Source of the DNA: an uncultured Pseudomonadales bacterium
GTDB lineage: Bacteria; Patescibacteriota; Microgenomatia; UBA1400; CAYXSR01
Direction: 5' to 3'
Length of the DNA: 64,000 bases
Assembly: GCA_964467735.1 (NCBI GenBank)
Contig: CAYXSR010000001.1
Span: 108,839 to 172,838 of the forward strand
In this document: piece after piece, positions 20,042 to 28,795 of the stretch
Position numbering within the stretch: position 1 is the stretch's first letter
How the letters are laid out: the number at the start of each line of letters is the position of its first letter
Notes under the pieces: generated by a model
What the model was told of the DNA's origin: nothing
Seen by the model: only the letters and a program-made list of their open reading frames with translations
The model's database searches: none
Position numbers and translations under genes: made by a program

Positions 20042-20830
20042 ATGTTAGCCGATACGCATTGTCACTTAGATTTTTTTTCCGATTCTACAGAAAAAATCTC
20101 AAGAGCTAAAAAAAATAAGGTAGAAATTATTATTGCTCCAGGAGTTAATGCTGATTCAAATAAAAAATGTTTAAAAATTGCTCAAGAGAATAAGGGGATT
20201 TTTGCCGCTGTTGGTCTTCATCCTACTGATGTTTATTCTAATAAAATATCTCCACAAAAAGAGTTAGAAATAATAAAAAATCTTTTAGAAACAGGAAACA
20301 AAAAAATTGTTGCTATTGGAGAATGCGGTCTTGATTTTGGTCCTATAGTTGAAGGGGAAATCCAACGATCAAAAAAAATTCAAACTGATATTTTTAAAAA
20401 ACAGCTAAATCTTGCCTTAAAATATAATCTGCCAATTATTATTCATAATCGAAAAGCAAATCAGGAATTACTAAATATTCTTAGAGATTATAAGGGAAAA
20501 ATAAGAGGAGTCTTTCATTGTTTCACTGGAAGTAAGAAATTTCTTCAACAAGTTATTGATCTTAATTTTCATATTGGAATTACTGGTTTGATTACTTATG
20601 ACCAAGGATTACAAGAGGTTATTAAACAAGCTCCAGAAAATAAATTACTTACCGAAACCGATGCTCCCTATTTAATGCCAGAACCAATTAGAAAAACCAA
20701 AAAATGGCCAAATGAACCTAAAAATGTTAAAATTATTGCTCAAGAAATTGCTAAGATTAAAAATCTCTCTTTTGAAAAAGTAGCCGAAATTACAACTAAA
20801 AATGCAGTTCGATTATTTAAACTAAAATGA
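20042..20830 (+). CDS. tatD: TatD-family metal-dependent DNase/hydrolase
   Basis: ADTHCHLDF, IGECGLDF and IIIHNRKA motifs. Conserved metG-tatD arrangement. Overlaps the next gene by 4 nt. Confidence 0.85.
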   Translation: MLADTHCHLDFFSDSTEKISRAKKNKVEIIIAPGVNADSNKKCLKIAQENKGIFAAVGLHPTDVYSNKISPQKELEIIKNLLETGNKKIVAIGECGLDFGPIVEGEIQRSKKIQTDIFKKQLNLALKYNLPIIIHNRKANQELLNILRDYKGKIRGVFHCFTGSKKFLQQVIDLNFHIGITGLITYDQGLQEVIKQAPENKLLTETDAPYLMPEPIRKTKKWPNEPKNVKIIAQEIAKIKNLSFEKVAEITTKNAVRLFKLK

Positions 20831-22314
20831 TCAAAAAAATTATTGATAAACGAGAAAAAAAATTAAATCGGTTTTTGGAAATCCTTCCAGGAATTTTTTC
20901 TTGGTTTCTTATTCTTTTCCCTTTCTGGGGATCATTTCTTGTACCTATTGCTGTCGCTTATTATATTATTGCCTTTGATGTTTATTGGCTCTATCGGTCT
21001 TGTTCAATGGGGATTTTTGCTTTAGCTTCTTACCTTAAGATTAGAGCCTTTCAAAAATACGATTGGATGAGAGATGTTAAAGGTTTTGGAGATTGGCAAA
21101 AAATCCATCATATAATTATTATTCCTACCTATAAAGAACCGTTATACATTTTAAGAAGAACTCTGGAGGCAATTAAAAAACAAACTTTTCCTAAAAAAGC
21201 AATCTCTGTGGTTTTAGCTTTTGAAGAAAGAGAGGAAGAAGCGGGCAGACAGAAGGCTAAAATTTTAAAAAAAGAGTTTGCTAAAGCCTTTAATAATTTG
21301 TTTACCACCTTTCATCCTGATCTTCCTGGTGAAGTAAAAGGAAAATCTTCAAATACTTGTTATGCGGCCAAAATAGCTAAAAAAGAAATTGTTGATAAAC
21401 AAAAAAAAGACATCAATTTTATTTCCATTACTTCTGCTGACGCCGATGCTCGTCTTCATGAAGAATATTTAGCTTGTTTAGCATTTAAATTTTTAGATAA
21501 TCCTTCACGCTATAATCTTATTTTCCAACCAGCGATTATGTATTACAACAATATCTGGAAGGCTCCAGTATTAGTAAGAGTCTTTTCTTCTATTAGTAGT
21601 CTTGTTCAAGTGTCAATGTTAAGTAGAAAGGATCGTTTAATTAATTTTTCTACTTATTCTACTAGTTTAAAAATGGTCGATAAAATTGGTTATTGGGACG
21701 TCGATGTTATTCCTGAAGATTATCGTTTATTCTTTAAAGCATTTTTTAAGCTTAAAGGAAAATTAGAAGTTGAGCCTATTTTTTTACCAGTTTTTGCTGA
21801 CGCTGCCTTATCAACTTCTTTTTGGAAAAGCATGAAAAACCAATATGAACAAGTAAAGCGTTGGGCCTGGGGTGTCTCTGATGATGTTTTTATTATTAAA
21901 AAATGGTTAACAGAACCTGGCTTACCCTTTTGGGATAAAACGGTTAGAGTTCTAAAAGTAGTAGAAGATCATTTCTTATGGCCAGTTAATTGGTTTGCTA
22001 TTACCTTAGGAGCTACTTTGCCTCCATTACTAAATAAAGATTTCTCGCGAACGATTATTGGAAAAAGACTTCCCCAAACTGCCTCATTAATTTTAACTAT
22101 TTCACTTATTAGTCTAGTCTTTGCTATTTATATTGATTTTAGACAAAGACCAAAAATTGAAAATTTACCTGTTTGGAGAAAAATAATTATGCCATTTGAA
22201 TTTCTTTTACTTCCAGTAGTTGGTTTCTTTTTTACTGCTCTTCCTGGTATTGATGCTCATACCAGATTAATGTTGGGAAAATACATAGAATATCGAGTGA
22301 CTGAAAAAGTCTAA
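20827..22314 (+). CDS. Membrane-embedded processive family-2 glycosyltransferase (cellulose/chitin-synthase-like)
   Basis: N- and C-terminal TM segments flanking a GT-A domain with IIIIPTYKEP and ITSADADARL (DxD). The processive-GT2 QxxRW motif is present as YEQVKRWAWG. Confidence 0.65.
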   Translation: MIKKIIDKREKKLNRFLEILPGIFSWFLILFPFWGSFLVPIAVAYYIIAFDVYWLYRSCSMGIFALASYLKIRAFQKYDWMRDVKGFGDWQKIHHIIIIPTYKEPLYILRRTLEAIKKQTFPKKAISVVLAFEEREEEAGRQKAKILKKEFAKAFNNLFTTFHPDLPGEVKGKSSNTCYAAKIAKKEIVDKQKKDINFISITSADADARLHEEYLACLAFKFLDNPSRYNLIFQPAIMYYNNIWKAPVLVRVFSSISSLVQVSMLSRKDRLINFSTYSTSLKMVDKIGYWDVDVIPEDYRLFFKAFFKLKGKLEVEPIFLPVFADAALSTSFWKSMKNQYEQVKRWAWGVSDDVFIIKKWLTEPGLPFWDKTVRVLKVVEDHFLWPVNWFAITLGATLPPLLNKDFSRTIIGKRLPQTASLILTISLISLVFAIYIDFRQRPKIENLPVWRKIIMPFEFLLLPVVGFFFTALPGIDAHTRLMLGKYIEYRVTEKV

Positions 22315-22349
22315 AATTCACTTTTCTCCTTTGTATTTTTCTTGTTATA

Positions 22350-23660
22350 ATGAAATTTATGAATCAACTTAATACTTCTTTATGGGGTGATGAGTCTTTT
22401 ACTGCGGTCGCTGTTAAAGAAAATTTCTCAAGAGTAATGGAAATTGTTTCTAAGGATACTGCTCCTCCTCTCTATTATATTGTCCTTTTTTGTTGGACAA
22501 GAATTTTTGGCCATTCAGAGATTGCTATTAGAAGTCTTTCTCTTCTTTTATATTTAGGAACAATCCTTGTCGTTTTTTTAATTGCTAAAAAAATTTGGGA
22601 TAAAAAAACTGCTTTTATTGCTGGTTTATTGACCCTGGCAAATCCTTTTCTTTTTCCTTTTGCTTTTGAAGGAAGAATGTACATGATCTTGGTATTTACG
22701 GTTACTCTTTCTTTTTATTTCTTTATCACCGAAAATATTGTTGGTTATGTTTTAGCTTCGGCGGCGGCAATTTATTCTCAACATTATGCTATTTTAGTTT
22801 TATTCTTTCAATTTTTAGTTCGTTTAATTCAAATAAAAAATCTTAAAAAAAATTGGTTTAAATTAATAAAACCTTATTTGTTAATTTTTATTCTTTACCT
22901 ACCGTGGTTATATCCCCTTTATAAGCAAGTTACGATGGTTGCTGGTCAAGGTTTCTGGCTAGGTAAACCAAAATTACAAGATATTGCTGGATTAATCATC
23001 AGTTATCTTATTGGTGGAAAGTTTATTTTTATTTGGCAAAAATTCTGGTTTATTCTTGTTTTGCCAATTCTTCTTTTAAAAAAATGGTCAAAAAAACTTA
23101 GCTATAATTTTATTCTGATCGGTTGGGTTCTTTTCCCTATCCTATTAGCATTTCTATTATCCTTAGGAAAGACTTCCATATTTTTTGACCGTTACCTTAT
23201 TTTTATAATTCCTGGTCTTATGCTTTTGTTGGCTGGTGGTTGGCAAAAAATATCTCTTCCTTTAATCATAATTTTTATGGCTCCTTTTTTGTGGATTAAC
23301 TTTTATTATTTTACTCATCCTATAAAAGGACCTTTTCGAGAAATGGCTTCTTATATAAAAAATAGTCAAAAAATATTCTTAATTAACTATAATGGCACTG
23401 CTCATCATTTGTGGGAATCAAAATATTATGGTCTTTATGCTCCATTATATGTTCCTGGAGGAGAACTTCCTTATTATGTTGGCACTGCTCAAATGACAGA
23501 AAAAGATATTATCAAAACCATTCCTCAAGAAGTTTCCAAAGTAGGAGTTATTAGCAGCGAAGAACCAACTAAAATTAATATTAGCGAATATCGTCTTGAA
23601 AGTTTCCAAAAATTTGAGAAGTTTTATTTTTCAATCTTCGCTAAAAATGAAAAGATATAA
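22350..23660 (+). CDS. GT-C-fold glycosyltransferase, ArnT/PMT (GT39/GT83)-like
   Basis: Polytopic membrane protein with the characteristic first-loop acidic motif WGDESFTA and LYY early in the sequence. 436 aa. Confidence 0.6.
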   Translation: MKFMNQLNTSLWGDESFTAVAVKENFSRVMEIVSKDTAPPLYYIVLFCWTRIFGHSEIAIRSLSLLLYLGTILVVFLIAKKIWDKKTAFIAGLLTLANPFLFPFAFEGRMYMILVFTVTLSFYFFITENIVGYVLASAAAIYSQHYAILVLFFQFLVRLIQIKNLKKNWFKLIKPYLLIFILYLPWLYPLYKQVTMVAGQGFWLGKPKLQDIAGLIISYLIGGKFIFIWQKFWFILVLPILLLKKWSKKLSYNFILIGWVLFPILLAFLLSLGKTSIFFDRYLIFIIPGLMLLLAGGWQKISLPLIIIFMAPFLWINFYYFTHPIKGPFREMASYIKNSQKIFLINYNGTAHHLWESKYYGLYAPLYVPGGELPYYVGTAQMTEKDIIKTIPQEVSKVGVISSEEPTKINISEYRLESFQKFEKFYFSIFAKNEKI

Positions 23661-25113
23661 GACTTTAGTTATTATTGTCATAATTTTAAATATTTTGTTT
23701 AAAATTCCTTCTTTGATGGAACCTCTTTCTTATGGGGATGAATGTATTTATTTAGCTTTAGGTAGAGCTTTTCAAAAGGGAGCGGTTTTTTATCGAGATA
23801 TTCATGATAATAAACCTCCTCTTTTATACCTTGTTGCTGCTTTGGCTAATGGCAAATTAGCTTACTTTAGATTTATTAATATTATTTGGAACTCTATTAA
23901 TATCGTTTTAGTTGCTGCTTTGGCTAAGAAATTACTCAAGAATAAATGGGCTGCTCCCTTGGCGGCTTTCATATTTTTTATCTTCACTCTCTTACCTGAA
24001 GGAAAAGTTGCTAATGGGGAATTATTTATGATTATGCCTGCTACCTTAGGCGTTTTAATGACTATTAAAAATAAAAAGGCTAATTTTTGGTGGTTTCTTA
24101 TTGGTTTATGTTTTAGTTTCGCTTTTCTTTTTAAAGTCCCCATTATATTTGATTTTACTGGCTTTATCTTAGCAATATTTTTCTTTAGTAAAGCCGATCT
24201 TAATCCTGTTAAAAATATTAAAGAAGTTTTTTCTGCTTTTAAGAATAAGCGATTTTATTTTGTTCTTGGTGGTTTTTTATCTCCAATCTTGTTATCAATT
24301 CTATACTATTCACAGAAAAATGCATTTACTCCTTATGTTCGTTCTGCTCTTTTACAAAATATTGGTTACCTTTCTTCGTGGACTGGGAAAAACACCGGTT
24401 TATATGAAAGAGCTGCCATTCTAGCTTTAATGTCTTTATTCATTTTCGTCTGGAGAAAAAAATTAAGATTTTCTTTTTATCTTCCTGCCCTAATGACTAT
24501 TTTTGGTCTCTATGGAGTTTTTCTTTCCGAAAGACCATATCCTCATTATTTAATCGAAATTGCTCCCTGGGCAACAATATTATTAACCGTCCTTATCTTC
24601 CAACGACAACTAAAACAATTTATAATATCTCTTTTAATAATTTCCTTAACTATTGCTGGTGTGATCAAATTTAAATTTTGGTGGTATGAGTTTTTTCCTT
24701 ACTACCGTAATTTTATTGAATTCTGCTTGGGGAAGAAAAACAAAACAGAATATTTCAGGTATTTTGGAGACAAAGTTTTACAAGATTATCAATTAGCTGG
24801 TTTTATTAAAGAAAAAACAAGTCCTAATGATCGGTTTTTTATTTGGGGAGATGGTGTCTGTACTTATGTTTTATCAGACCGTTTACCTCCGGGAAGATAT
24901 ACGGTAAATTATCATATTTTTGATTTTAATGGTTTTAATGAAACAATAACTGATATTAGAAAACATTCAACTCCAATGATTATTATCCTAAATGAAGAAA
25001 CTAGAAGCTTTCCTCAATTAGAAAATCTCTTAAAAGAAAATTATGTTCTTGCACAAACTTTTAAATTTGCTAAAATTTATAAACTTATTAATCAAAATCA
25101 ATGGCTAAAATAG
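23647..25113 (+). CDS. GT-C-fold glycosyltransferase, ArnT/PMT-like (second copy)
   Basis: Polytopic. The first-loop motif SYGDECIYLALGRAF matches the DE/DExxY pattern of ArnT-like enzymes. The start at MKRYKTLV overlaps the upstream stop by 14 nt (the ORF track extends it further to 23596). Confidence 0.55.
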   Translation: MKRYKTLVIIVIILNILFKIPSLMEPLSYGDECIYLALGRAFQKGAVFYRDIHDNKPPLLYLVAALANGKLAYFRFINIIWNSINIVLVAALAKKLLKNKWAAPLAAFIFFIFTLLPEGKVANGELFMIMPATLGVLMTIKNKKANFWWFLIGLCFSFAFLFKVPIIFDFTGFILAIFFFSKADLNPVKNIKEVFSAFKNKRFYFVLGGFLSPILLSILYYSQKNAFTPYVRSALLQNIGYLSSWTGKNTGLYERAAILALMSLFIFVWRKKLRFSFYLPALMTIFGLYGVFLSERPYPHYLIEIAPWATILLTVLIFQRQLKQFIISLLIISLTIAGVIKFKFWWYEFFPYYRNFIEFCLGKKNKTEYFRYFGDKVLQDYQLAGFIKEKTSPNDRFFIWGDGVCTYVLSDRLPPGRYTVNYHIFDFNGFNETITDIRKHSTPMIIILNEETRSFPQLENLLKENYVLAQTFKFAKIYKLINQNQWLK

Positions 25114-25508
25114 AACAATTAAGGTTTTTTAAAAATTCTTCCTTTAAAAAAGTTCAGGAGGAATTTAATAATTTAATTTTTGATCTTTCTTCTAAAAAAT
25201 CTATTCGTTTAAGTCTTTTTCTTACTGCTCTAAACTTAATTTTAGTAGCGATTTTTTTTAGAAAATTACCTCCTGAAATTCCTTTATTTTATAGTCGCCC
25301 TTGGGGTGAGAGTCAACTAGTAACTAAAAATCAATTTCTCATTCTACCATTAGGAGGGCTGTTAATTTTAATAATAAATTTACGATTAGCTAGTTTTCTT
25401 TTTAGCAGGGAATTAATTTTGGCTAAAATTATTACTTGGACAACCACGGTAATTTCTCTATTAATATCAATAAGTTTAATTAAAACCTTTTTAATTATTT
25501 TCTTTTAA
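25101..25508 (+). CDS. Small membrane protein (4 TM), hypothetical
   Basis: 135-aa hydrophobic ORF between two glycosyltransferase genes. Overlaps the upstream gene by 13 nt. Confidence 0.35.
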   Translation: MAKIEQLRFFKNSSFKKVQEEFNNLIFDLSSKKSIRLSLFLTALNLILVAIFFRKLPPEIPLFYSRPWGESQLVTKNQFLILPLGGLLILIINLRLASFLFSRELILAKIITWTTTVISLLISISLIKTFLIIFF

Positions 25509-25512
25509 AAAA

Positions 25513-26598
25513 ATGTTTTGGAATATATTAAAAATTTTTCTTACTACCTCAATTATTTCTTTTATCATTACACCCTTGACAATTTTTGTCTATAGAAAAT
25601 TTGGCTGGCTTGATGATCCAAAGAAACATAAACATCCAAAAGTTGTCCATAAATATCCTGTCCCAAGGGGAGGAGGAATACCAATTTTTATTTCTTTTTT
25701 GATTAGTGCTTCTCTTTTCATCACTTGGGATAAACATCTTGTTGGTATTATTTTGGGAGCTTTTATAATCCTTATTATTGGCATTTTAGATGATATTTAT
25801 GATTTGAATCCCTATCTTAGACTAATTTTTGGCTTCATTGCGGCTGCTTGTGTTGTTGGTAGTGGTATTGGTATTTCTTTTATAACTAACCCTTTTGGGG
25901 GAATTATTCGATTAGATCAACCTCAAATTCCATTTTACCTTTTTGGTAAACTCCATACTATTTGGGTAATTTCCGATCTTTTTGCTCTTTTCTGGATTGT
26001 CTGGTGTATGAATTTTGTAAATTGGTCAAAAGGACTAGATGGGCAACTTCCAGGAATTGTGGTTGTCGCTGCTTGTACTATTGCTGCTTTGAGTTTAAAA
26101 TTCAGTGCCGATATTACTCAGTGGCCAGTTATTTTTTTAGCTATTATTACGGCTGCTGCTTATTTTGGTTTTCTACCTTGGAATTTCTATCCTCAAAAGA
26201 TAATGCCCGGTTATGGTGGAGGAGCTCTAGCTGGTTTTTTCCTAGCTGTCCTATCTATTCTATCAACAAGTAAAATAAATACCCTAATTATTGTCTTAGG
26301 TGTTCCTTTAATAGACGCTGTTTATTCAATTATTCGTCGAATTATAAGCGGCCGTTCCCCTGTTTGGGGTGATAAAGGCCACCTTCATCATAAATTAATG
26401 GAAATTGGCTGGGGGAAAAGAAAAATCGCTATTTTCTATTGGCTTATTACTGCTGCTTTAGGTATCTTAGCTTTAAAATTGAATAGTCAGGCGAAATTTT
26501 ATACAATAATATTGTTAACAATTATTATTGGTGCAGTTTTACTGTGGCTAAACTTATTAATCTCATCCTTAAATCAGCCAGACCGGTCCAATGGATAA
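25513..26598 (+). CDS. Polyprenyl-phosphate N-acetylhexosamine-1-phosphate transferase (GT4 MraY/WecA family)
   Basis: NFVNWSKGLDGQLPG (NxxNxxDGxDGL), LDDIYDLNP (DDxxD), and about 10 TM segments. 361 aa. Confidence 0.8.
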   Translation: MFWNILKIFLTTSIISFIITPLTIFVYRKFGWLDDPKKHKHPKVVHKYPVPRGGGIPIFISFLISASLFITWDKHLVGIILGAFIILIIGILDDIYDLNPYLRLIFGFIAAACVVGSGIGISFITNPFGGIIRLDQPQIPFYLFGKLHTIWVISDLFALFWIVWCMNFVNWSKGLDGQLPGIVVVAACTIAALSLKFSADITQWPVIFLAIITAAAYFGFLPWNFYPQKIMPGYGGGALAGFFLAVLSILSTSKINTLIIVLGVPLIDAVYSIIRRIISGRSPVWGDKGHLHHKLMEIGWGKRKIAIFYWLITAALGILALKLNSQAKFYTIILLTIIIGAVLLWLNLLISSLNQPDRSNG

Positions 26599-27476
26599 AG
26601 AATCTGGCTATTTTTACTGGTCTTGTGTTTACTGGATGGTTTTTTATTCCTGAAAAGTTTTTTCGTGCTTTGGCGGGATTTTTTGTTTTCTCAATTCTCA
26701 CTTCTTCTATTTATATTTTCAATGATATTTTAGATGCTTCTTCTGACCGGCTTCATCCATTAAAGAAAAATCGCCCAATTGCTTCTGGTAAAATTCCTAT
26801 CCCCACTGCTTTGTTTATCTCCATCGCTGGGTTCTTTATTAGTATTTTTTTAGCCACTAATCTTTCTTTCTTCTTTTTTCTTATTTGTTTTATTTATCTC
26901 CTTTTACAAATTCTTTATACCTTGTTTCTTAAAAAGGTCTCTATTATTGATGTTTTAGCAATTGCTTCTGGATTTATTCTTCGCGTCTATGCTGGAGCAG
27001 TAGTAATTAATACCCATATAAATATTTGGCTTCTTTTATGTGTTGTTTCTTTTTCTTTATTTTTAGCTGTAGGTAAAAGGCGTTCTGAATTAACACTTTT
27101 AGAAGCACAATTAGCTGTTAAACATCGTCGAGCTCTTTTTTCTTATCCAGAAAAATTATTAGATCTTTATATCTCCATGTTTGCTAATACTACTTGGTTA
27201 ACTTATGCTCTTTTTGCCTTTTTACAACCACCGATAAGACCAACAGAAAGGATTGTCCTTTTTTGGGCTGATCTACCTTTAGCTTTCAGAAGTCAAAAAT
27301 GGCTTATGGCTACTATCCCAGTAGTTATTTATGGAGTAATGCGATATTTGCAGCTCATTTATGAAAAAAATGAGGGAGAATCGCCGGCTAAAATTTTAGT
27401 TTCTGACAAACCATTGCTAGGAGCAGTAACTTTATGGGGAATAATGGTAATGATCGTAATTTATGGCTTTGGTTAA
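26544..27476 (+). CDS. UbiA-family prenyltransferase, resembling decaprenyl-phosphate 5-phosphoribosyltransferase (Rv3806c-like)
   Basis: N-terminal RPVQWIKNLAIF and the Asp-rich motif NDILDASSDRLHPLKKNRPIASGKI (NDxxDxxxD). 8-9 TM. Overlaps the upstream gene by 55 nt if the first ATG is used. Confidence 0.65.
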   Translation: MAKLINLILKSARPVQWIKNLAIFTGLVFTGWFFIPEKFFRALAGFFVFSILTSSIYIFNDILDASSDRLHPLKKNRPIASGKIPIPTALFISIAGFFISIFLATNLSFFFFLICFIYLLLQILYTLFLKKVSIIDVLAIASGFILRVYAGAVVINTHINIWLLLCVVSFSLFLAVGKRRSELTLLEAQLAVKHRRALFSYPEKLLDLYISMFANTTWLTYALFAFLQPPIRPTERIVLFWADLPLAFRSQKWLMATIPVVIYGVMRYLQLIYEKNEGESPAKILVSDKPLLGAVTLWGIMVMIVIYGFG

Positions 27477-28438
27477 TCAAAAAGTTCGGCGTATTTCCCT
27501 GAAATCCAACCTTCCTTATCTTTTTCATATTCAATTTTATACCAACCTGTTTCATTCGACTCAATAAACTTATAAGTCTCTCCGGGATGAACTTTTGTCA
27601 AAATAGTTTCCTCCTTACCAAAAGTAGAGGCTTCACTTCTAACATTTAACCAACCAGTCGGCGTATCTTTAATTTTAACATAAGGTTTTTCCAGTAACTC
27701 AGCACTACTGGTAGATTCTTTGATTTTAGGACTAGGGCTGGGTGTAGCTGATTCGCTGGCAGATTCATCTTCATCTTCTAGTTGAGCAGATGGAGAGGCC
27801 TCTTCATTTTCAGTGTCTTTTTCTTCTTCTAAAATACGAGCCAGCTGAACATTAATTACTAATTTATATCCCTTAACTGTTTTCGCCTTAAGTTCCATTT
27901 CTTCAAAACCAGGAGTAGCAATATTCAAAAGATGTTCGTTCTCACTAATATCTTCTAAAGATAGTGGAGTGAAGCCCTTTGGTTCTCCATCAACGGTAAC
28001 TACTGCACTATCTGGATTACTAATAATTGATACTTTAGCATTGTTTTTTTGACTTATTGGTTCTAGATTTAAAATATAGCCGCTTGATTCATCTTCTAAT
28101 TCTCCAAAATTTTGATTAACAACACTTAAAACACCGGCTGTCAATTTAATTGTCTTCTGCCAACTTAAGCTTTCTTTTCCTTCAGGAATTAATTTTAAAG
28201 TATATTCTCCTGGTTTTAACTTCTCGTCAAAAAAAGGTGTTTGTCCTAAATGTTGACCATCAAGAAAAACAGTTGCTCGAGGATCAGCAGTAACTTGAAG
28301 AGCGGCTTTTTTTTTATTATTTAAGAACGGCAGACTACATCCAGTAAGGAAGACAGAAATCAAAATGATTAATAAAAAAGAAGTAATCCTTCTAACATTC
28401 ATTGGCCTTATAATATCATGATGGTTCAGGCTTGACAA
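27473..28438 (-). CDS. Lipoprotein with two PEGA-like repeats, an acidic linker and a C-terminal bacterial SH3 domain
   Basis: Signal peptide plus lipobox VFLTGCS. Repeats VFLDGQHLGQTPF and VTVDGEPKGFTPL. E/D/S-rich linker. C-terminal GWLNVRSEASTFG...GETYKF...GWYKIEY (SH3b-like). Confidence 0.55.
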   Translation of the reverse strand: MSSLNHHDIIRPMNVRRITSFLLIILISVFLTGCSLPFLNNKKKAALQVTADPRATVFLDGQHLGQTPFFDEKLKPGEYTLKLIPEGKESLSWQKTIKLTAGVLSVVNQNFGELEDESSGYILNLEPISQKNNAKVSIISNPDSAVVTVDGEPKGFTPLSLEDISENEHLLNIATPGFEEMELKAKTVKGYKLVINVQLARILEEEKDTENEEASPSAQLEDEDESASESATPSPSPKIKESTSSAELLEKPYVKIKDTPTGWLNVRSEASTFGKEETILTKVHPGETYKFIESNETGWYKIEYEKDKEGWISGKYAELFD

Positions 28439-28482
28439 GATAAGAGTTAATTTCTATTTTTGTTTTTTTTAATGATAAAATT

Positions 28483-28491
28483 TGCTAAAAT
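28483..28491 (+). promoter_or_regulatory. Extended -10 element (TGaTAAAAT) positioned to drive the tRNA-like element and hypC
   Basis: TGATAAAAT at 28483..28491, 12 nt upstream of the tRNA-like 5' end. A TTGACA hexamer also occurs at 28432..28437. Confidence 0.35.
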
Positions 28492-28503
28492 AACAGGTAA
28501 ATT

Positions 28504-28574
28504 GGCCTCGTGACAGAGAAGTTATGTGCTGGTCTGCAAAACCAGTTACGCCGGTGCGATTCCGGCCGAGGCCT
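28504..28574 (+). tRNA. tRNA-Cys(GCA) candidate (or tRNA-like structure)
   Basis: Manual fold gives a perfect 7-bp acceptor stem (GGCCTCG/CGAGGCC), a perfect 5-bp anticodon stem (CTGGT/ACCAG) with loop CTGCAAA (U33, anticodon GCA), and a perfect 5-bp T-stem (GCCGG/CCGGC). U8, A14, G18 and the U73 discriminator typical of tRNA-Cys are present. The D-stem is weak, and the T-loop reads TGCGATT (G in place of U55). No encoded CCA. Confidence 0.5.
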
Positions 28575-28580
28575 CAAATT

Positions 28581-28790
28581 ATGTGTTTAGCAATACCTGT
28601 TAAAGTCAAAAATATTAAAAAAAACTTAGCCGAGCTTGAAGGAGGTAAAAAAGTAAAACTTTCTTTAGTTCCTGATGTTCAAATCGGTGATTACCTCTTG
28701 GTACATGGTAATTTAGTAATTAATAAACTCTCCCCCGTCGAAGCTAAAAAAATTCTTGATCTAATAAAAAGTTGTCCCCATCATCATTAA
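28581..28790 (+). CDS. hypC: [NiFe]-hydrogenase maturation chaperone HypC/HupF
   Basis: Begins with the invariant MCLAIP; 69 aa. The ORF track extends it upstream (from 28524) through the tRNA-like element, but the conserved N-terminus argues for the ATG at 28581. Confidence 0.8.
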   Translation: MCLAIPVKVKNIKKNLAELEGGKKVKLSLVPDVQIGDYLLVHGNLVINKLSPVEAKKILDLIKSCPHHH

Positions 28791-28795
28791 AAAAT

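Noticed and set aside
28524-28580. The 5' extension of the hypC ORF (MCWSAKPVTPVRFRPRPQI...) in the ORF track
   Set aside because: HypC proteins universally start at MC(L/I)(A/G)(I/V)P. The extension is GC-rich, folds as a tRNA-like cloverleaf and has no RBS. The ATG at 28581 is preferred.
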